Assembly: GCA_030604085.1 (NCBI GenBank)
Contig: JAUVWP010000003.1
Coordinates: forward strand, 1 to 39,252
Direction: 5' to 3'
Source of the DNA: Methanosarcinales archaeon
GTDB taxonomy: Archaea; Halobacteriota; Methanosarcinia; Methanosarcinales; Methanogasteraceae
DNA: 39,252 nt
Part shown: piece by piece, positions 36,645 through 39,252 of the stretch
Layout: each line of letters opens with the position of its first letter
Numbering within the stretch: the first letter of the stretch is position 1
The notes under the pieces: model-generated
The model's input: only the letters and a program-made list of their open reading frames with translations
The model's database searches: none
What the model was told of the DNA's origin: nothing
Position numbers and translations under genes: made by a program

Positions 36645-36911
36645 TTAGGATATGGCGCCGGCTATGATTCCAAATGCGACTACCAGAAGAACGGCTATTA
36701 AAGTACCTATTATAAGTGTAACGAGCCCATAAAAAGTCATCTGCCCGTAATAACCACAAATAGTCCAGAATGGGGTTACTTCATCGTTTGACATCGATTT
36801 ATGAATTAACCACCCTATTCCGCATGGAACCAACATTAAATTCAGAGAAATTGCCCCAACTATTGTATAACCAATATTTGGCTCTTTAATCGTTATTATT
36901 TCACCAGTCAT
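36645..36911 (-). CDS. Small 2-TM hypothetical membrane protein
   Basis: GAGGTGA before the ATG; promoter-like GAAAGTTTTATC upstream; two hydrophobic stretches. Confidence 0.65.
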   Translation of the reverse strand: MTGEIITIKEPNIGYTIVGAISLNLMLVPCGIGWLIHKSMSNDEVTPFWTICGYYGQMTFYGLVTLIIGTLIAVLLVVAFGIIAGAIS

Positions 36912-37053
36912 ACACGATCACCTCAAATATCATCTCTCCACGAGTCTTTCCGGGAAACTGATAAAACTTTCCACCCTGGGAGAATTGCCAACTCTGGCGT
37001 TGGCGCCGGATTGAGACTCTGGTTATCCGTACGGTATCTATGCACCGCCGAGA

Positions 37054-37845
37054 TCAAAGCCCGAGAACCTCTTCCATACCGTGCACCCCAATCGGTGCAT
37101 CCATCACCCACCGCGCGGCTTTGATCGCACCGCCTGCGAACGCCTGCCTGCTGTGCGCCTGATGCTTAATCTCGATCCGCTCGCCATTCCCTGCAAATAA
37201 CACGAGATGATCGCCGATGATGTCGCCGCCCCGGATCGCATGGATGCCGATCTCATCACCCCTCGGAGCAAGTCCCTCACGCCCGTAGACCAGTTCCTTT
37301 CCCCCAAGAGCCTTACTGATCACGTCAGCCGCATGCATCGCTGTTCCTGACGGCGCATCCTTCTTGTGGCGGTGGTGCGCCTCAACGATCTCGATATCCC
37401 AGTCGCCGATGTATGCGGCGGCTTCTGCAAGCAATTTCCAGAAGACGTTGACCCCTACCGAGAAATTAGGTGCAATCACGGCAGGGACGTTTCCGGCTAT
37501 GATCCCTGCGATCTCCTCCTGGTACGGTTCGAGACCGGTCGTCCCGAGAACGATGGCAACGCCGTTCTCTACAGCGGCTATGACGTTTCCGACGGCGGCA
37601 CTCGCGATCGTGAAATCGATCAGGACGTCAGGAGAAGTGCTCGCAAGCAGCGCATCGATCTCGCGGGCATCCGATACCCGGACATCGCCTGCGCCAGCAG
37701 CGACGCCAGCGCCAGCGCCGATCAGCATCCCGATGTCATGGATGTCAAACGCTGCCACCAGTTCCATATCTGGCGCATCACCGACATCCTCGATTATAAG
37801 CGAGCCCATGCGCCCGAGTGCGCCTGTTACTGCAACTGTTATCAT
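37054..37845 (-). CDS. dapB: 4-hydroxy-tetrahydrodipicolinate reductase
   Basis: GALGRMG, DVLIDFT, GTTG, APNFSVG, EAHHRHKKDAPSGTA, HAIRGG; AGGTGA before ATG 37845. Confidence 0.97.
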   Translation of the reverse strand: MITVAVTGALGRMGSLIIEDVGDAPDMELVAAFDIHDIGMLIGAGAGVAAGAGDVRVSDAREIDALLASTSPDVLIDFTIASAAVGNVIAAVENGVAIVLGTTGLEPYQEEIAGIIAGNVPAVIAPNFSVGVNVFWKLLAEAAAYIGDWDIEIVEAHHRHKKDAPSGTAMHAADVISKALGGKELVYGREGLAPRGDEIGIHAIRGGDIIGDHLVLFAGNGERIEIKHQAHSRQAFAGGAIKAARWVMDAPIGVHGMEEVLGL

Positions 37846-37912
37846 GATATCACCTGTATCCATCTATCCCCAAGTCATCTAATATATTCGCACCATGGAT
37901 GCTGCCCGCCCT

Positions 37913-38518
37913 TCAGACCGTCCTGAACTGCCCGAACAGATTGTCCCGCCCGATCCGGTGCAGTCTGGATCGCACGAGTACGGCAAGCTGCGACACATCT
38001 CCTTTTTTCGCAGAGACTGGTGCAATCGTGTCGATCCACTGCTTCCATGGCGGGAGAAAGTCGAAACGCTCCACGATCTGATCGAGTGCATCGTCTCGAT
38101 CGGTTACCAGGTCCATCTTATTTGCCGCGATAACCGTATCGATATCGAGATCTGACAAAAATTCAAACAATTCGATATCAACCGGCATCTCGCCCCGTTC
38201 TGACCATCTATCCACGATATCGCAGAAAACGTTTGCATCGATCACCTGAACGGCACAGAGGATGCGGTCGCAGTTGTCTTCGATATAATGGACGATCGAA
38301 TTCTTTATGCGCTCCTGAACCACATCCGGGACACCGTGCAGAAATCCATAACCCGGCAGATCGGTTATCAACAGATCTCTAAACGTTATATGTGTCGGTT
38401 TCCTCGTGACGCCGGGGCGCCTCCCTGTTTTGACGCTTCTGCCGGTCAGTCTCTTGATCAGCGATGACTTCCCGACGTTTGATCTGCCCGCGAAGATTAT
38501 CTCATGATTAATTGCCAT
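37913..38518 (-). CDS. engB: GTP-binding protein EngB (YihA/YsxC family)
   Basis: GRSNVGKSS, PGVT, DLPGYG, NKMD, VSAKKG. Confidence 0.93.
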   Translation of the reverse strand: MAINHEIIFAGRSNVGKSSLIKRLTGRSVKTGRRPGVTRKPTHITFRDLLITDLPGYGFLHGVPDVVQERIKNSIVHYIEDNCDRILCAVQVIDANVFCDIVDRWSERGEMPVDIELFEFLSDLDIDTVIAANKMDLVTDRDDALDQIVERFDFLPPWKQWIDTIAPVSAKKGDVSQLAVLVRSRLHRIGRDNLFGQFRTV

Positions 38519-38753
38519 CTCTGTTGACCTCCGTCTGCGTACTCGTCTGGATACCTACATCAAACTCTTCAAGGAAATTTTTCAGAGCTTTATTCGTTAA
38601 GAGGATTTTGTTTCGGATGTTTTGGATGTTCATTTTTAATGGACATCTCTCTCCAATCCTAATCAAGAATTGCTCTTCAGTAGCTAACATTTTTACACCA
38701 AACCGCATCTGTTTTTGTAACTTTCGGCCGCTGTTTACACGCACCCTGCAACC

Positions 38754-39071
38754 CTACGCACCCATCGCCTCTGAGAGCATCTCGCTTAACTCGCGTCTCA
38801 GCGATTCCCCTTCCGAAAAATCCCCCGCGGTCGTTATGATGCGCAGTTCCTGTGCCGACGTGCCGGATGAGATTAAGAGGCGGAGGTTGCCTCGTGCGTC
38901 AGAGCGCAGCACCTTTGCCGTGGTCTTTCCTCCGGCGGCTCCCTTGACGCTGATGATCATAGGAATGATCCGCTTTACCTTCGGATGCCATGCTACGATC
39001 TCTGCTGCCTTCCTTTCGGTTCTGCCGCCGATTATGGTGGTGTGCGTACCGCCGAGTTTGTTCTGGGACAT
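38754..39071 (-). CDS. DUF2103-family protein
   Basis: KLGGTHTTIIGGR...VKRIIP...RGNLRLL..G.S.QELRIITTA. Confidence 0.78.
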   Translation of the reverse strand: MSQNKLGGTHTTIIGGRTERKAAEIVAWHPKVKRIIPMIISVKGAAGGKTTAKVLRSDARGNLRLLISSGTSAQELRIITTAGDFSEGESLRRELSEMLSEAMGA

Positions 39072-39141
39072 GACATCCTATTGTGCAAGATCACACATCA
39101 AGAAACCCTGCACGATACCGCGCATGTTCTGGTTTCCAGAC

Positions 39142-39252
39142 TTAATCCTTCCTCAGGCGCTTGCTGATCAGCACAGCCGCCAGACACGCAAGGATCGCAA
39201 GAATGCCAGCAAACCCGGGCTCCCTGCGCACAGGAGTCTTCGCGATCTCAAC
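39142..39252 (-). CDS. 3' end of a PGF-CTERM cell-surface protein (partial)
   Basis: Manual translation: ...TPVRREPGFAGILAILACLAAVLISKRLRKD*, i.e. PGF + TM + basic tail (archaeosortase signal). Confidence 0.78.
   Translation of the reverse strand, partial: VEIAKTPVRREPGFAGILAILACLAAVLISKRLRKD

Noticed and set aside
1-39252. Genome-wide TAG reassignment (Pyl or Gln)
   Set aside because: At least 8 genes end in TAG, including pth2, cobS and aIF-2beta at plausible C-termini. For pth2 and cobS, readthrough would add long tails. No pyl genes are visible in the window.

Overview
Archaeal chromosomal window. Gene content (archaeal histone, top6A, aIF-2beta with TRAM, rpl16/L10e, AF1665-type alanine dehydrogenase, cbiB/cobS, PGF-CTERM protein) points to a Methanosarcinales/ANME-2-like organism; that placement is inferred from gene content only. 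Most of the window is housekeeping genes plus one tRNA-Lys(CTT). Main observations: (1) At 3.0-6.4 kb, three copies of a 40-bp motif with identical spacing (AAACCTAA-N6-TAGGG-N5-TATTT-N4-ACCTAAC) precede a secreted CbiX-CbiX-FmdE-like protein, an unannotated 28-aa Cys-rich peptide, and a structured leader followed by a frameshifted zinc-ribbon ORF; this looks like a metal-homeostasis regulon. (2) argF and mobA each carry an in-frame TAG where Gln is expected, although TAG is an ordinary stop in at least 8 other genes here. (3) An AT-rich insert (membrane metallophosphoesterase + IS200 tnpA) lies between two full-length pth2 copies, and a 107-bp MITE with a TTAA duplication sits inside the IS200 end hairpin. 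(4) A LolA-like lipoprotein, five tandem DUF2178-like membrane proteins and an XRE regulator form an operon with twin GTTA-N8-TAAC operators. (5) There is a CetZ/FtsZ-like tubulin-family gene cluster. All family assignments come from motif recognition, not database searches.
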